DNA from: Thermoplasmata archaeon
Lineage (GTDB): Archaea > Thermoplasmatota > Thermoplasmata > RBG-16-68-12 > JAFNFQ01
DNA: 64,000 bases
Direction of reading: 5' to 3'
Assembly (NCBI GenBank): GCA_041489255.1
Contig: JBGPQV010000002.1
Coordinates: 1 to 64,000 of the forward strand
Made by a program: the position numbers and the translations under genes. Below the pieces are notes generated by a model. That model ran no database searches and had not been told where the DNA came from. It saw only the letters and a program-made list of their open reading frames with translations. Below are positions 29,890-40,608 of this stretch, piece after piece. The stretch's first letter is position 1. Each line of letters opens with the position of its first letter.

Positions 29890-32874
29890 CTAGTTCCCGC
29901 CATGCTTTGAGGTGTAGTGGATGGCCCGTCCCTGCTTCTCCGCTGTTACGTAGCCCATCGCGGTGAGCCTGTCGATCTGGTACGCGAGCGTCGACTGCTT
30001 CAAGCCAAGGAACTTCGAGAGTTCCTTCTGCGTGATCCCCGGCATCTCCTGGATCGCCTTCAGCACGCGCAGCTGCGACTCCGTCGTGCCATTCTCCATT
30101 ATTGGGGGCGGCTGCATGTCCGCGGGGTAGAACCGGCGGTACATCCCCTCCTGCCGCGAGGTCACCATGCCCTCCCTCTGGAGGACATCCAGGTGGTACA
30201 CCAGGGCGCCGTTGTTGATGCTGAGCGCCGCGAGTATGGCGTTGTAGTGAGTCCCCGGGTTGAGGTCGATGTACTGGAACACCCGACCGCGGTTGTAGTT
30301 CTCGAGCGTCTTGTCGTGGTTGAGGCGCGTGTAGAGCGGCAGGAAGAACAGGAACAGGGCGTACTTCGAGCGCTCTATCGAGAGCGCCCCCGCCAGGAAC
30401 GCGGCTGCGAGCATCAACATCGCGACGATCGCGATAATCCAGGGACCTGCACCGCCAGACACGGTCACGACGATGTCCCTCGACGCGTCAACGGAGGTCG
30501 CGAGGGCTCCCTGCATGTCACCAGATGAGACCTTTATGGAGAACGGATTGTGGTCCATGAACGAGACAGAGGTCTGAGTCCCCGTGGTCAACGCGAATGG
30601 TGGCGTGAACCCGTCTGACCCAGTCGTGCCTGAGAACGCGAGGTTGCCCTGCGCGTCGTGCACGGTCACTGTTGCCCCGCCGATGTCTTCGCCGTTCGAA
30701 TCAACCGCCTGCACTCGCACCGTATGTCGGAACTCGACTATCGAGGACGCGTCCAGTGTTAGGCTATCGACCGTCGTGTCCGTCAGGATGACATTCGAGT
30801 TCAGCACCGAGAGTACCGCCACGTGCGAGTTCGATATCGCGATCGTCCCGCCATGGACGTTGTTCCCCTGGATGACTGCCCCATCGAGGTTGTCCAGGTC
30901 CATCGCATTGCCCGAGGTCACCGTGATGTCGTTGCCCTCGATGCGGGGTGAACCCGTATCGCCGACGATGCCCGCCGCCACCGCAACTATCGTGTTGTAG
31001 GTGATGTTCGAGCTCGACTCGTGGAACCGTATGCCTGTGAGCACTCCGCTGATCGTGTTGAAGCTGACCTCGGAGGAGGAGTACAGGAGCTGCACGCCCT
31101 CTGAACCGCCGGAGATGGAGTTGCCGGTGACTGTGATCGCCGACGAGCTCTCGACCTTGACGCCGATGTCGTTGTCGATCAACACGTTCCCGTTGAACTC
31201 CATCGGCGGCAGTTCCGTCGTCGGGTCGTAGTAATAGCCGATCCCGTTGTTGTGGAGGCTGTTCCAGTTGAAGCAGTTGCGGAGGTGCGCGTTGTAGCCC
31301 TTCCCGCCATATGCGGTGTTGTAGGCTATCTCGTTATACCTGATCGCGTCGTCGTACGCCTTGTAGGCCACCACGCCTATCTCTCCGTCCCTGATGAGGT
31401 TGTACGCGACCCAGGCGTTCAGGGTATAGCTGTTGTTCAGGCCGATGGTGTAGTCCTTGATTGTCATGTGGTAGATACGCGTGTTATTGGTCTGGTCGTT
31501 GAAAATGCCATACTCCGCGTTGAGGATTGTGAAGTTGTGGATGACGATTCGATCCGTGCCGAGGTACAGGGCAGTGCCGCTGCCGCCGCCATCGAGGATG
31601 ACCCCTGTGCGGTCAGTCCCGACGATCTCAATCTCCTTGTTGACGACGACGTTCTCGTAGTAGATTGCGGGGTACACTTCAATCGTGTAGCCATCGCCAG
31701 CGGCATCCACCGCCGCTTGGATCGTTGTGTAGTCCTTCCCGCCATTGGCGTCGACCGTGAGAGTCGTCCGTGGGAGGACCGTCAGCGTTCCGGTTGTGTT
31801 CGAGATGACCCCGGAAATCGTTGTCGCGTTTACCGTGACGGTGCAGTTCCCCACACCTACCAGGAGAAGCTGGACCGAGCTGCCGTGGGCGTTGTTCCCT
31901 GAATAGCCTTTGACCTTGCACACGGCGCTGTCGTTTGTGGTCCAATCACCAGTCACTTCTCCCCGGTACCCAATGGTGAAGTTGTAGGAAGCGGCATAGA
32001 ACGTGTCCTGTTCCCGCTCATAGTAGGTGAAGTTACCGCGCACCTGACCGTGACCATTCGGCGCATCCCGAATCTGGATGTAATCGACGCCGACCCCGGT
32101 CACCGTCAGCTTCCCAGTCATGTTGGTGACGGATGTGCCGACGGGCGTCGCATTCACGTAGGTGTGACCTATCGCGCTCGCGTAGAAGTTGATTAGGGGA
32201 TAGCATGAGACGGTCGTCCCGCTGCCCTCACAGCCGCCGATCCTGCCTGAGGGTGACGAGTAGAGATATCCCACGGAAAGGTTCGTCGATGTCCAGTTCG
32301 ACACGATGTCGTCGAGGAAATTGCCGCCGGAATCGTAGGCGGCAGCGTAGAATTTGTCCTTGTCCCCGCTCTGGTACGTCGCCGGTCCGACCCATGTTCC
32401 CGCCCCGCCCTGTTCCGAGCGCACGATCACGCTGTCGACGTTGTCGACCGAGACCCGCAGCGGACCCGTGTCGTTCGTGGTCGTGAGGTTACCAGGGGTA
32501 ATGTGATAATATGCGCGGACATGCGCGATGCCGTATCCGTTGGTGTATATCTTCGCGCTTGACCCATATGTGTGGTTGACCCGGATGACTTGGTTTCCCC
32601 TCGCGAGGCCGCTCTCCGTAAACTGCCAGTAGACGGGAACGTCCTGAACCCAGCCGGACGATGCGTTGTAACCCGCAGCCCAGAAGGTGTCATTGTCTCC
32701 AAAGGTGTAGTCTCGGCTTGCCACCCAAGAGCCAGCGCCGCCAGGCGCATCCACTACCATGACGTAATCGACAGTCGGATCCGCACGAACGCGCTCGGGG
32801 AGCGCGACCAAGAATCCGACCGTCATTCCCAGCAACACGACCGCCAGCATAACCGACTCGACGCACTTGCGCAT
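29890..32874 (-). CDS. Membrane-spanning protein: Ig-like repeats, right-handed beta-helix (NosD-like), TM and tandem winged-HTH
   Basis: Signal peptide, three VDYxxxxDAPxGxG-like repeats, YTTIQAAVDAA beta-helix start, TM, RGRVFQYIDLNPG...YHLDVL and PGITQKELSKFLGLKQSTLAY. Confidence 0.85.
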   Translation of the reverse strand: MRKCVESVMLAVVLLGMTVGFLVALPERVRADPTVDYVMVVDAPGGAGSWVASRDYTFGDNDTFWAAGYNASSGWVQDVPVYWQFTESGLARGNQVIRVNHTYGSSAKIYTNGYGIAHVRAYYHITPGNLTTTNDTGPLRVSVDNVDSVIVRSEQGGAGTWVGPATYQSGDKDKFYAAAYDSGGNFLDDIVSNWTSTNLSVGYLYSSPSGRIGGCEGSGTTVSCYPLINFYASAIGHTYVNATPVGTSVTNMTGKLTVTGVGVDYIQIRDAPNGHGQVRGNFTYYEREQDTFYAASYNFTIGYRGEVTGDWTTNDSAVCKVKGYSGNNAHGSSVQLLLVGVGNCTVTVNATTISGVISNTTGTLTVLPRTTLTVDANGGKDYTTIQAAVDAAGDGYTIEVYPAIYYENVVVNKEIEIVGTDRTGVILDGGGSGTALYLGTDRIVIHNFTILNAEYGIFNDQTNNTRIYHMTIKDYTIGLNNSYTLNAWVAYNLIRDGEIGVVAYKAYDDAIRYNEIAYNTAYGGKGYNAHLRNCFNWNSLHNNGIGYYYDPTTELPPMEFNGNVLIDNDIGVKVESSSAITVTGNSISGGSEGVQLLYSSSEVSFNTISGVLTGIRFHESSSNITYNTIVAVAAGIVGDTGSPRIEGNDITVTSGNAMDLDNLDGAVIQGNNVHGGTIAISNSHVAVLSVLNSNVILTDTTVDSLTLDASSIVEFRHTVRVQAVDSNGEDIGGATVTVHDAQGNLAFSGTTGSDGFTPPFALTTGTQTSVSFMDHNPFSIKVSSGDMQGALATSVDASRDIVVTVSGGAGPWIIAIVAMLMLAAAFLAGALSIERSKYALFLFFLPLYTRLNHDKTLENYNRGRVFQYIDLNPGTHYNAILAALSINNGALVYHLDVLQREGMVTSRQEGMYRRFYPADMQPPPIMENGTTESQLRVLKAIQEMPGITQKELSKFLGLKQSTLAYQIDRLTAMGYVTAEKQGRAIHYTSKHGGN

Positions 32875-33113
32875 CTCTTCAACTCCCTGGACCCACCCAT
32901 GGCGAGGTCATTGACAGTGCAGCAACGCGCGCACCTAAATAGTAATCTGAGCAGTTTCGATATGTCCGTTACCCCACATAAACGACCGGATGTGGCCCAT
33001 CGGGCAACCCGTCGAGTGCTTGCGTGATGGCGGCGGTAATCCTGGCGTGTCGTGATTCCCCGGCCATGGCTCCTCGAACGACTATGCTGCGACTCTCAAG
33101 ACGCGTCCTTTTC

Positions 33114-36100
33114 CTATCGCTTCGAGCCCTTTCGTCTCGTCTCGGGCTGATGATGATCGCCTTCAGCAGGCTTCTCTTGCGCTTTGAGGTCGTCCAATCT
33201 ACGCTTAGACTCCTTCTCGAAGCGGATCGCGATTTCCTCGAACTCCTTCCGTCTGGTTTCGAACATCTCGCGCGCCTGCTGCAGCTTCCCCGCGTCCTCC
33301 GCCAGCGCCGCCTCCTTTTCCTTCAGTAGTGCTTCCCGACTGTCGAGCTCGGAGCGCTGCTTCTGCATCGCAGCCGTCTCGGCGGCGAGCCTGGACAGCG
33401 CTGTGTTCGTCGCATCGAGCGTGCCCGCGAACGCCTTCGAACGCGCGCTCAGGTCCATCTGCTTTTCTTTTATTTCACTCACTGCCGTCTTGAGACGCAC
33501 AACGACGGCGTCTTCCGACCTGTCATGGATGTTCACGAGCATGTCCGTGGCGAATTTGATCTGCTCCTGTGAGATCGACCCGCGTGCGAGAAGGACCATG
33601 GCGAGGGAATTGCCCCAAAGCGTCTGCGCGCGATATTCCCGGACCCTAACAGGCTCATCAATCGCGTCCAGCACCCCTGCCTCGACGACCTCATCGTAGG
33701 TCACGTCGCAGCGCTGGTCGAGTGTGAATTCCCTTATCGGCTGCAGCCGGCCGTCCAGCACGAAGGCCTTGGCGGGCTTCCAGCGCTTGCGCCTGACTAG
33801 AACCACCGCCGCAAGCAGGAGCCCCAGGAGGAAGATGAACGGGATGCCCGAGACCACATAGATGTCCTTCCACCATGGCTGAATAAAGGAGACCCGCACA
33901 TGCTGCGATGCGGTCCACACACTGTCGGAGATGGTGACGGTGAATGCTGTCTCGCCTTGGCCAGCCGGGTAGGCAACCGTGAGGGTCGTTCCGTTGGCGG
34001 TGACGTACTGGGTGTCTGTCGCTGCGGTAATGCGGAAAATCGGCGTGTCGATATCGGAGATGTACGGGGTGAGGTTGAGCGTGAATGTCGCACCATCATC
34101 GATTCTGATGTCTGGAATCGGTGCCAAGATTGGCGGCTGATCCACGAAGCGGACCGTGACGAGGAACGTGCTTTCCACATAGAGGCCCGATGGATCCGTC
34201 GCCCGGACGCTCATCGTCTCCGAACCGAACCAGTACATCGGCGCCCAAAGGTCCACCGTCCCGTTCGGGTTGATACGGGAGCTCATCTGGACGCCGCCCA
34301 GGATCGAGTATGTCACAAGATCTCCGTCGATGTCGAAGAAGTGGATTGAGACATCCCCGCTGAAGACATTCGTTCCGACGGAGTTCTCGTAGAATGAGAC
34401 CGACGGGAACCCAACAACGAGGATCGGAGCGTGGTTCACATGGCGTACCGTGACGAGGAAAGGAGCCTCCGCCCAGCTCCCGTTGACGTCGGTGGCAACG
34501 ACGCGCGGAATCTCCTGTCCCCACCAGTGGGTTCTGGCCCACACGTCTATGGTCAAGTCCGCATTGACCCGCCAATATACATTGGTCTCTCCATAGATCG
34601 CATAGTCTAGCTCGCCCCCATCCCTGTCATAGAAATACGCGGATATGGGGCCGTTGAACACATCGAGTGCGACCGTGTCCTCGTCGAAAATGACGTTTGG
34701 CAATTCCAAGATCTGGATTGGCTGGTAATTCACGGGGATGACCGTGACCACGAACGGCCCCTCCGCGAAATCGCCGAAGGGGTCGGTCGCCCGCACAGTC
34801 AGTGTCTCCAATCCTGACCAGTTGGTCGCCCCCCAGACATCGACTGTCCCGTCCGGATTGATGCGGGAGAAGACATTGACGCCGCCCGACATAGTGATGG
34901 TCAACGGGTCTCCATCGGGATCATTGAAGAAGGCACTCGCGCTCCCGCCAAGGGCGTCGAACGCGATCGAGTTCTCGTCGAAGGACACCGGCGGGAATGA
35001 CGTCACGAGGGCAGGCGGGTGGTTCACGTCGCGGACCACAACTAGGAACGCGCCCTCTGCGAACCCACCGGTCGGGTCCATTGCCCTCAATCGCAGGATC
35101 TCCAGGCCGTGCCAGTGCAGGCTCGCCCAGAAATCGACCTTGCTGTCGGCATCCACCCTCGAGAATACGTTGACTGCGTCCAGGACCTGGAACGAGAGCA
35201 TGTCTCCGTCGGGGTCGTTGAAGAACGTCGTGGCCGGCGTGCTGAACCCATCGAAAGCGACCGTGTCTTCATCGAACGTGACCGTCGGGAGGGGAGCGAC
35301 GAGGACTGGCGGACTCTGATCGGATGAGATTATCCTGATCAAAGCCCACGCTGTGTCTGCGCCATCGGACGCCCAGAGCGTGACTGTGTACGTGCCGATG
35401 GTGGAGTATGTCACATCCAAGGACGGGAAAGCGCCAGGATTCACGACGACACTCGCAGGATCCGAATCCCATATCGAGAGCGCCGCGAGAGGCGTGTCCG
35501 GATCAGTCAGGTAGAATGTGAGATTGAGGCGGTAGGTGGAAGCGACATGGACGTAGAGGTCGGGGATTGGGGCGATTGAAGGCGGCGCAGGCCCTGCGAC
35601 GTAGTTGCCCACGCCCTGCACCGAGTCCCAGCCCGTGAGGCCGACATGGTCGACGGCCACGGCGCGCAACGTAACACCGTTTATCGGCGAACCCGGGATC
35701 CAGAGATATGAGCCGTCGATGATGGACTCCGAGCCGATGGCATGCCAGACGCCATCAAAGTATGTGAAGTCCACGCGCACGACATCAGGGACGGTGGTGT
35801 AGACGATTGTGAGCGTCCCGTTCCCAATCTGGTTGTCGACTACATTCCTGATCGTGATTGCGGGCGGAGTGTTGTCCACCTCGATCGGGGTGACGACCGT
35901 CATGTTCGTTGCGGTGAGGCTGTTCGTCACCGTGGCGAGTAGGATGCCGTTCGTGAAGCTCAATCCGGAGGTGTCCCAGTAATAGGTGCCGACGAGCGCA
36001 GAGGTGACGCCGATGAGCTTCCATAGCATCCCATCATTATACTCGAACCTGACCGAGACCGCGTCCGGGCTATTGCGGTAGTTGATCGGCGCGACGCCGG

Positions 36101-38762
36101 TCAAAACCCCCCCAGGGACTGGATTGCTGATTGTTATCCACGGGGGTGTGCCGAGGGTGACGTGAATCTCTGCCGTCCCATTGATTGCGTTGAACGACGC
36201 CTGCAAGGTGCCGTTCGCGGCCGGCGGATTCGCGGCGAAAAGGACGATTTGCCCCCACGAAACGTTGAGACTCCCCACGCCACCGAAGACAGCCCAAGTG
36301 AAATTGATGCCTGGGACGAGGTTGTCAAGAGCGTCGTATGCCTCAGCAGTGAATATCTGGGATGCGAAGGCCTGGACGGTGACATTGTCGGGAGCGATTG
36401 ACACTCGGCCCACCGGTCCGGGCGAGACCATCATGTCGTCGCTCAATCCCGTTGTGGTGCCTGAAAAGACTAAGATTCGAATTGTTTCCGCCTTGGTGTA
36501 TGACTCCCCCGTCAACGTTCCGGTGCCTCCTGCCACTATCGGGAGCGACGTTCCGCCCAGTATTCCGCTGCCAGGCGTCACTCCATCCTGGAGGACGGCG
36601 GCAAGCGAGACCAAACCGGTCCAAGAGACGATAGTCGCGTTCATCGGGTCCTTGGCGGTCACGGTGACTGAGAAAGCTGCTCCCGCCACAGTGGATTGGG
36701 GGACACCCACATAGAAGTGGTCAATCTTCTGCGTGTACGTGAGCCTCATCTCGCTCAGAGATGGTGAGACAAGGACATCTATCGTCGAAAGACTCGCACG
36801 GAACCGAATCTTGCCGGTGGCGATGCTGACCGACTGCATGTTGGAAGGAGGAGCGACGGGGGTCCAGCTCCCTCCGGAGTCGAGGGAATATTCATATGAG
36901 ATCGTCTGGCCATTCGGATTGTCCACGACGGTGAAGTTCCCCCATCCGGCGAAGCTTGCGGGTGCGAGGTCGGCTGTCTCGATCGTTCCCTGCAACGGGT
37001 AGAAGAACCAAGAGATGTTGACGTTCCCGATGGCCGGGACATGACCCGGTGTCCCGACAGAGAAGCTCAGACGGTATTGGACATACCGCGATCCACCCGA
37101 CATCGGCGAGGTGGCTGGTGTCGGATACGGCGAGGACCAACCGGACCATGTCGGGTCTACCGGTGTCGTGTCGCCGATTCGCGTCTGGACCGTGATTCTC
37201 GCATCGTCGGGCAGGGTGAAGCGCATGTAATCGACATCGACCGTCAGCGCCGATCCAGACATTCCGTCAGCTGCATAGAGCGCAACCCGCAATCCCATTG
37301 AATACGGAGATGCCGGGGTGTAGACGTCCCGCACCGTCCATGACACGCCGTTAGTACTGGTTGAAGCGGTGAACTTGTCTCCCGAGCGCTCAATCCGCAC
37401 CCACGCAGGGACTGGATTCCCGCTGCCGACGTTCACGCGGCCCGTCGTCACACCGTCATCCGTCGAGCGCGCGCGCCATGTCCGCACACCGCCAACATTG
37501 TCCTTCCCGATGCTGTACCAGTTGCGGCTGTCGACCAAGACCATGAGGCCTGCCTCCTGACCGTCCACCGTCGGATTGACATTGTACTTCATCGTTGCGG
37601 TGAAATCGCCTGCGAGGTCCTGCGACAGGATCTCGCCCGTGAATATTTCGTCGGCGAAGTCGACACCAATGCCCGACACCAAGTGCAAGCTCCCCGGCCT
37701 GGTCACCCCCACATCATAGGTGGCTGGCGGGTTCGTCCAGATCCATTTCGGATCCAGGGATGAGCCGTCAAACTCGTCTGAAAGGAGATCCTTGACCTGG
37801 GGATTCCAAGAAATGTTCTTCCAGAGGGCCGGGGATCCTGGGCCGCTTATCTTGGAGACATACTCACCTGCCACTCCGATCGCCCTGTACCAGATGTCGA
37901 GCTTCGGACGCAGATCGGGGTTGACTGCGTATTCAGATGAGTAGAATACTTTGTTGCAGTTTGGCCCGGGATTCGGCCCCTCGAGAATCAACCCGAGGTT
38001 GTTCAGCCGACCCCGATGCCAGAGGTCCACCATTTGGGTGACATTCCAAGACTTCCATCCAAGGGTATTGTCGACGACCTTGCTCTCCGCGGTGCGCAAG
38101 CCGAAATCGCCACCACCGGTCGTCCAAGGAACCCCTGTGAGGCGGTTGTCCCAGTTCGCTTGGTTCTCGTCCCAACGCGTCGTGACGTAATGTGCGTTGG
38201 AGGTCACGGGATTCCCTTCGCCTGAATTCTGATAGAGGCTCAGTATCGCCGAATCAATTACAATGCTCGCGGGGATTGCCGAAAGGTTGAACCGGAGGAT
38301 TGGGTGTGCCCCACCGTTCTCGATTATGGTCGTCGACGGGCCGTAGTTAACGGACCGGCTGTTCCAATCGAGGTATGTGTCCTCGCCTCCCAGACCCGGC
38401 TGGATCGTCAGCTGGGCGAGTGGTGCCGCGCTCGCGCTCAACGCCACATCCCCGGGCCATCGGGTTACCGTAACATTGTTCGTGCTTTCCGCTCCAGAAA
38501 AATCAGCTATTGTTGTGCTATTCCACCAGAAGGTCGGCTGGCGCTCGAGGGTCACATTCCCGTCGACGATTTCGGTGTTCGTGAAGGTGTAGTCAGACGG
38601 ATTGGTGAAGTTCCAGACGGCGTCCGACGTGCCGTCGGGGTTGTTCGTGATGAACGGATCCGCGGCGACCCTGCCCGGGTTCTGAGCGGTTATTGCCGCT
38701 GTTAGAGTAATCATGATGCTGACTGCCAGCGTTCCGGCGATGTCGCGATTCATCGGATGCAT
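33114..38762 (-). CDS. Giant surface protein (DNRLRE-like, ConA/lectin-like, cadherin-like Ig repeats, TM, cytosolic domain and coiled coil)
   Basis: Single open frame of about 1880 aa; EDTYLD...LRFNLS...RPKLDI, SDEFDGSSLDPKW, repeated NHPP...FDE...DPDGD units; start inferred. Confidence 0.85.
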   Translation of the reverse strand: MHPMNRDIAGTLAVSIMITLTAAITAQNPGRVAADPFITNNPDGTSDAVWNFTNPSDYTFTNTEIVDGNVTLERQPTFWWNSTTIADFSGAESTNNVTVTRWPGDVALSASAAPLAQLTIQPGLGGEDTYLDWNSRSVNYGPSTTIIENGGAHPILRFNLSAIPASIVIDSAILSLYQNSGEGNPVTSNAHYVTTRWDENQANWDNRLTGVPWTTGGGDFGLRTAESKVVDNTLGWKSWNVTQMVDLWHRGRLNNLGLILEGPNPGPNCNKVFYSSEYAVNPDLRPKLDIWYRAIGVAGEYVSKISGPGSPALWKNISWNPQVKDLLSDEFDGSSLDPKWIWTNPPATYDVGVTRPGSLHLVSGIGVDFADEIFTGEILSQDLAGDFTATMKYNVNPTVDGQEAGLMVLVDSRNWYSIGKDNVGGVRTWRARSTDDGVTTGRVNVGSGNPVPAWVRIERSGDKFTASTSTNGVSWTVRDVYTPASPYSMGLRVALYAADGMSGSALTVDVDYMRFTLPDDARITVQTRIGDTTPVDPTWSGWSSPYPTPATSPMSGGSRYVQYRLSFSVGTPGHVPAIGNVNISWFFYPLQGTIETADLAPASFAGWGNFTVVDNPNGQTISYEYSLDSGGSWTPVAPPSNMQSVSIATGKIRFRASLSTIDVLVSPSLSEMRLTYTQKIDHFYVGVPQSTVAGAAFSVTVTAKDPMNATIVSWTGLVSLAAVLQDGVTPGSGILGGTSLPIVAGGTGTLTGESYTKAETIRILVFSGTTTGLSDDMMVSPGPVGRVSIAPDNVTVQAFASQIFTAEAYDALDNLVPGINFTWAVFGGVGSLNVSWGQIVLFAANPPAANGTLQASFNAINGTAEIHVTLGTPPWITISNPVPGGVLTGVAPINYRNSPDAVSVRFEYNDGMLWKLIGVTSALVGTYYWDTSGLSFTNGILLATVTNSLTATNMTVVTPIEVDNTPPAITIRNVVDNQIGNGTLTIVYTTVPDVVRVDFTYFDGVWHAIGSESIIDGSYLWIPGSPINGVTLRAVAVDHVGLTGWDSVQGVGNYVAGPAPPSIAPIPDLYVHVASTYRLNLTFYLTDPDTPLAALSIWDSDPASVVVNPGAFPSLDVTYSTIGTYTVTLWASDGADTAWALIRIISSDQSPPVLVAPLPTVTFDEDTVAFDGFSTPATTFFNDPDGDMLSFQVLDAVNVFSRVDADSKVDFWASLHWHGLEILRLRAMDPTGGFAEGAFLVVVRDVNHPPALVTSFPPVSFDENSIAFDALGGSASAFFNDPDGDPLTITMSGGVNVFSRINPDGTVDVWGATNWSGLETLTVRATDPFGDFAEGPFVVTVIPVNYQPIQILELPNVIFDEDTVALDVFNGPISAYFYDRDGGELDYAIYGETNVYWRVNADLTIDVWARTHWWGQEIPRVVATDVNGSWAEAPFLVTVRHVNHAPILVVGFPSVSFYENSVGTNVFSGDVSIHFFDIDGDLVTYSILGGVQMSSRINPNGTVDLWAPMYWFGSETMSVRATDPSGLYVESTFLVTVRFVDQPPILAPIPDIRIDDGATFTLNLTPYISDIDTPIFRITAATDTQYVTANGTTLTVAYPAGQGETAFTVTISDSVWTASQHVRVSFIQPWWKDIYVVSGIPFIFLLGLLLAAVVLVRRKRWKPAKAFVLDGRLQPIREFTLDQRCDVTYDEVVEAGVLDAIDEPVRVREYRAQTLWGNSLAMVLLARGSISQEQIKFATDMLVNIHDRSEDAVVVRLKTAVSEIKEKQMDLSARSKAFAGTLDATNTALSRLAAETAAMQKQRSELDSREALLKEKEAALAEDAGKLQQAREMFETRRKEFEEIAIRFEKESKRRLDDLKAQEKPAEGDHHQPETRRKGSKR

Positions 38763-38860
38763 CTCCTGCCCGTGCCCAGAGGATGTCTTCCCCAGACTGG
38801 GCGATTCTCCAGAAAGACTCCTTCTCATTCTATATAACAGGAATCAGGTGGTTATCCCGG

Positions 38861-39112
38861 TCAATTATCAGATGAGAGAATCAATTGCGGATGTAGGATT
38901 GCGTGATCTGATTGCAGCAGACAGAAAGCTGCGCGGGGTTTGCGAGCTGTCTCAGTGATTCGGAATCCTTCGGATATCTCGTTCGCGAGAAGGCTGAAGG
39001 CGTTCTCCACGTTCGCTCCGGTCTTCGCGCTGGTCTTCAGCCACGAGCATCCCATGGACGCGCTCAGTTGCTCGATGTCGGAGTCGGAGACCCTGATCCT
39101 CTCCGCCAGATT
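38861..39112 (-). pseudogene. 3' remnant of a Ras/Rab-like small GTPase
   Basis: In-frame NLAERIRVSDSDIEQLSASMGCSWLKTSAKTGANVENAFSLLA contains the G5 box TSAKTGxNVxxAF; G1-G4 absent. Confidence 0.75.
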
Positions 39113-39270
39113 TCCCGCACGACTCGTGGAATGGCGATTAGAGGATCCCAGCCCGATGAGCGTGCGATTGACTCAGATCCCCGCATGAATCGCGGCGCCA
39201 AACGGAGGCTTCCGCGGTACCGGGGAGAAATCTATATATGACGTACACACTATCTACATACAGTGGTTAC

Positions 39271-39516
39271 ATGGACACCAAGACCGTGGCATTGGACAGG
39301 GAGGCCTACGAGCTCCTGAGCGCTCAAAAAGACAAGGACGAGAGCTTTAGCGACGTGGTGAAGCGCCTCGCTCGCAAGCGTCGACCCCTGTCCGACTTCA
39401 TCGGGATATGGGGCAAGATGCCCAAGGATGACCTCAAGAGGATCGAGGAGGCCGTCCGGAAAGGTCGAGAGCTCGACCGCGAGCGGGCCGCCGGACTCAT
39501 GAAACTTTGGGGATAG
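39271..39516 (+). CDS. VapB-family antitoxin (DUF217-like)
   Basis: MDTKTVALDREAYELL...ESFSDVVKRL; TATA-like CTATATAT at 39232. Confidence 0.88.
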   Translation: MDTKTVALDREAYELLSAQKDKDESFSDVVKRLARKRRPLSDFIGIWGKMPKDDLKRIEEAVRKGRELDRERAAGLMKLWG

Positions 39517-39519
39517 TCC

Positions 39520-39906
39520 ATGCGATGTCTCGACACCTCGTTCCTGATAGATCTCCTCAAAGGCCTTCCCGCGGCGGCAGAGAAAGCGAGGGCAATGGAC
39601 GCGGTCGGAGAGAGGCTGAGCGTCCCGGCCCCGGTGCTGACCGAAGTGCTGCGAGGTGCCTACTTCAAGGGAGGGAAGGAGCTGCATGAGACCCTTGAAC
39701 TCATGGCGAGCTTGGATGTACTGGTGGTCGATGACGAGGTCGCCGCCGAGGCGGGTCGGATGGGCGCGGAACTCCTCAAAAGAGGGAACGACGTCGGCAC
39801 AATCGACCTGCTGATCGCGGCGACGGCGAAGCTGAACAGACGGATCCTCGTCACCAGAGACTCGTCATTCTATGGAATACCGGACGTAGCTGTGGAGACG
39901 TACTGA
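39520..39906 (+). CDS. vapC: VapC PIN-domain toxin
   Basis: LDTSFLIDLL, DLLIAATA, LVTRD. Confidence 0.92.
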   Translation: MRCLDTSFLIDLLKGLPAAAEKARAMDAVGERLSVPAPVLTEVLRGAYFKGGKELHETLELMASLDVLVVDDEVAAEAGRMGAELLKRGNDVGTIDLLIAATAKLNRRILVTRDSSFYGIPDVAVETY

Positions 39907-40038
39907 GGGCTGGAGCCGCCTCGTGGCTTCGATTTCGCGAAGCACCGAAGTCGAGTATTTCGCATTTCTGCTGTTCCCCGCAACTTTGATTATGCACCGC
40001 GCCGTTGGCGGGATGAAGAAAATGGGGGCCGGGACTGA

Positions 40039-40608
40039 ATGCAGGTGAAGGGTCTATCATCCGAACTCGTCGAGCTTCGTTCGATCGAGGATGTGCAGCT
40101 GGCGGAAATCCACAAACACCACAACCGTGAGCTGAGGCTGGAGCTCTCCGACTTCATGGACCTGGAGTTCCCCTGGGTCCCTCTGAACCAGACTCAGATC
40201 AAGGCCAAGTTCGAGGAGATGCAGAAAGAGGAGCGCACGGCGCTTTTCGGCGTCTGGTCGAGGAACAACGAGTTCGTGGGACTCGGCTGCTTCGCCGCGA
40301 GCTGGGACCCGTGGTGCCCTTTCATCAACATCATCATCTGGCCGCAGTGCCGAAGGAAGGGATACGGCGCCGAGGCCGCCAGGCTCCTCCTCGAGGCCGC
40401 GTTCAACAACAGCATCGCGCACGTCATCGGATGCAGCACCCCGGAATGGAATCCCGTCGGGATTACGTTCGCGGAGTCCCTCGGCTTCAAGAGAGCCGGC
40501 GCGAGCAGGCGTTCTGGCTTCATCGACGGCAAGTTCTTCGACCGACTCTTCTTCGACATACTCCGCGACGAGTACCTGGCGGACCAGACAAAGAAGGCGG
40601 GTGACTGA
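40039..40608 (+). CDS. GNAT (RimL-like) N-acetyltransferase
   Basis: RRKGYGAEA acetyl-CoA motif, ESLGFK, DGKFFD. Confidence 0.88.
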   Translation: MQVKGLSSELVELRSIEDVQLAEIHKHHNRELRLELSDFMDLEFPWVPLNQTQIKAKFEEMQKEERTALFGVWSRNNEFVGLGCFAASWDPWCPFINIIIWPQCRRKGYGAEAARLLLEAAFNNSIAHVIGCSTPEWNPVGITFAESLGFKRAGASRRSGFIDGKFFDRLFFDILRDEYLADQTKKAGD

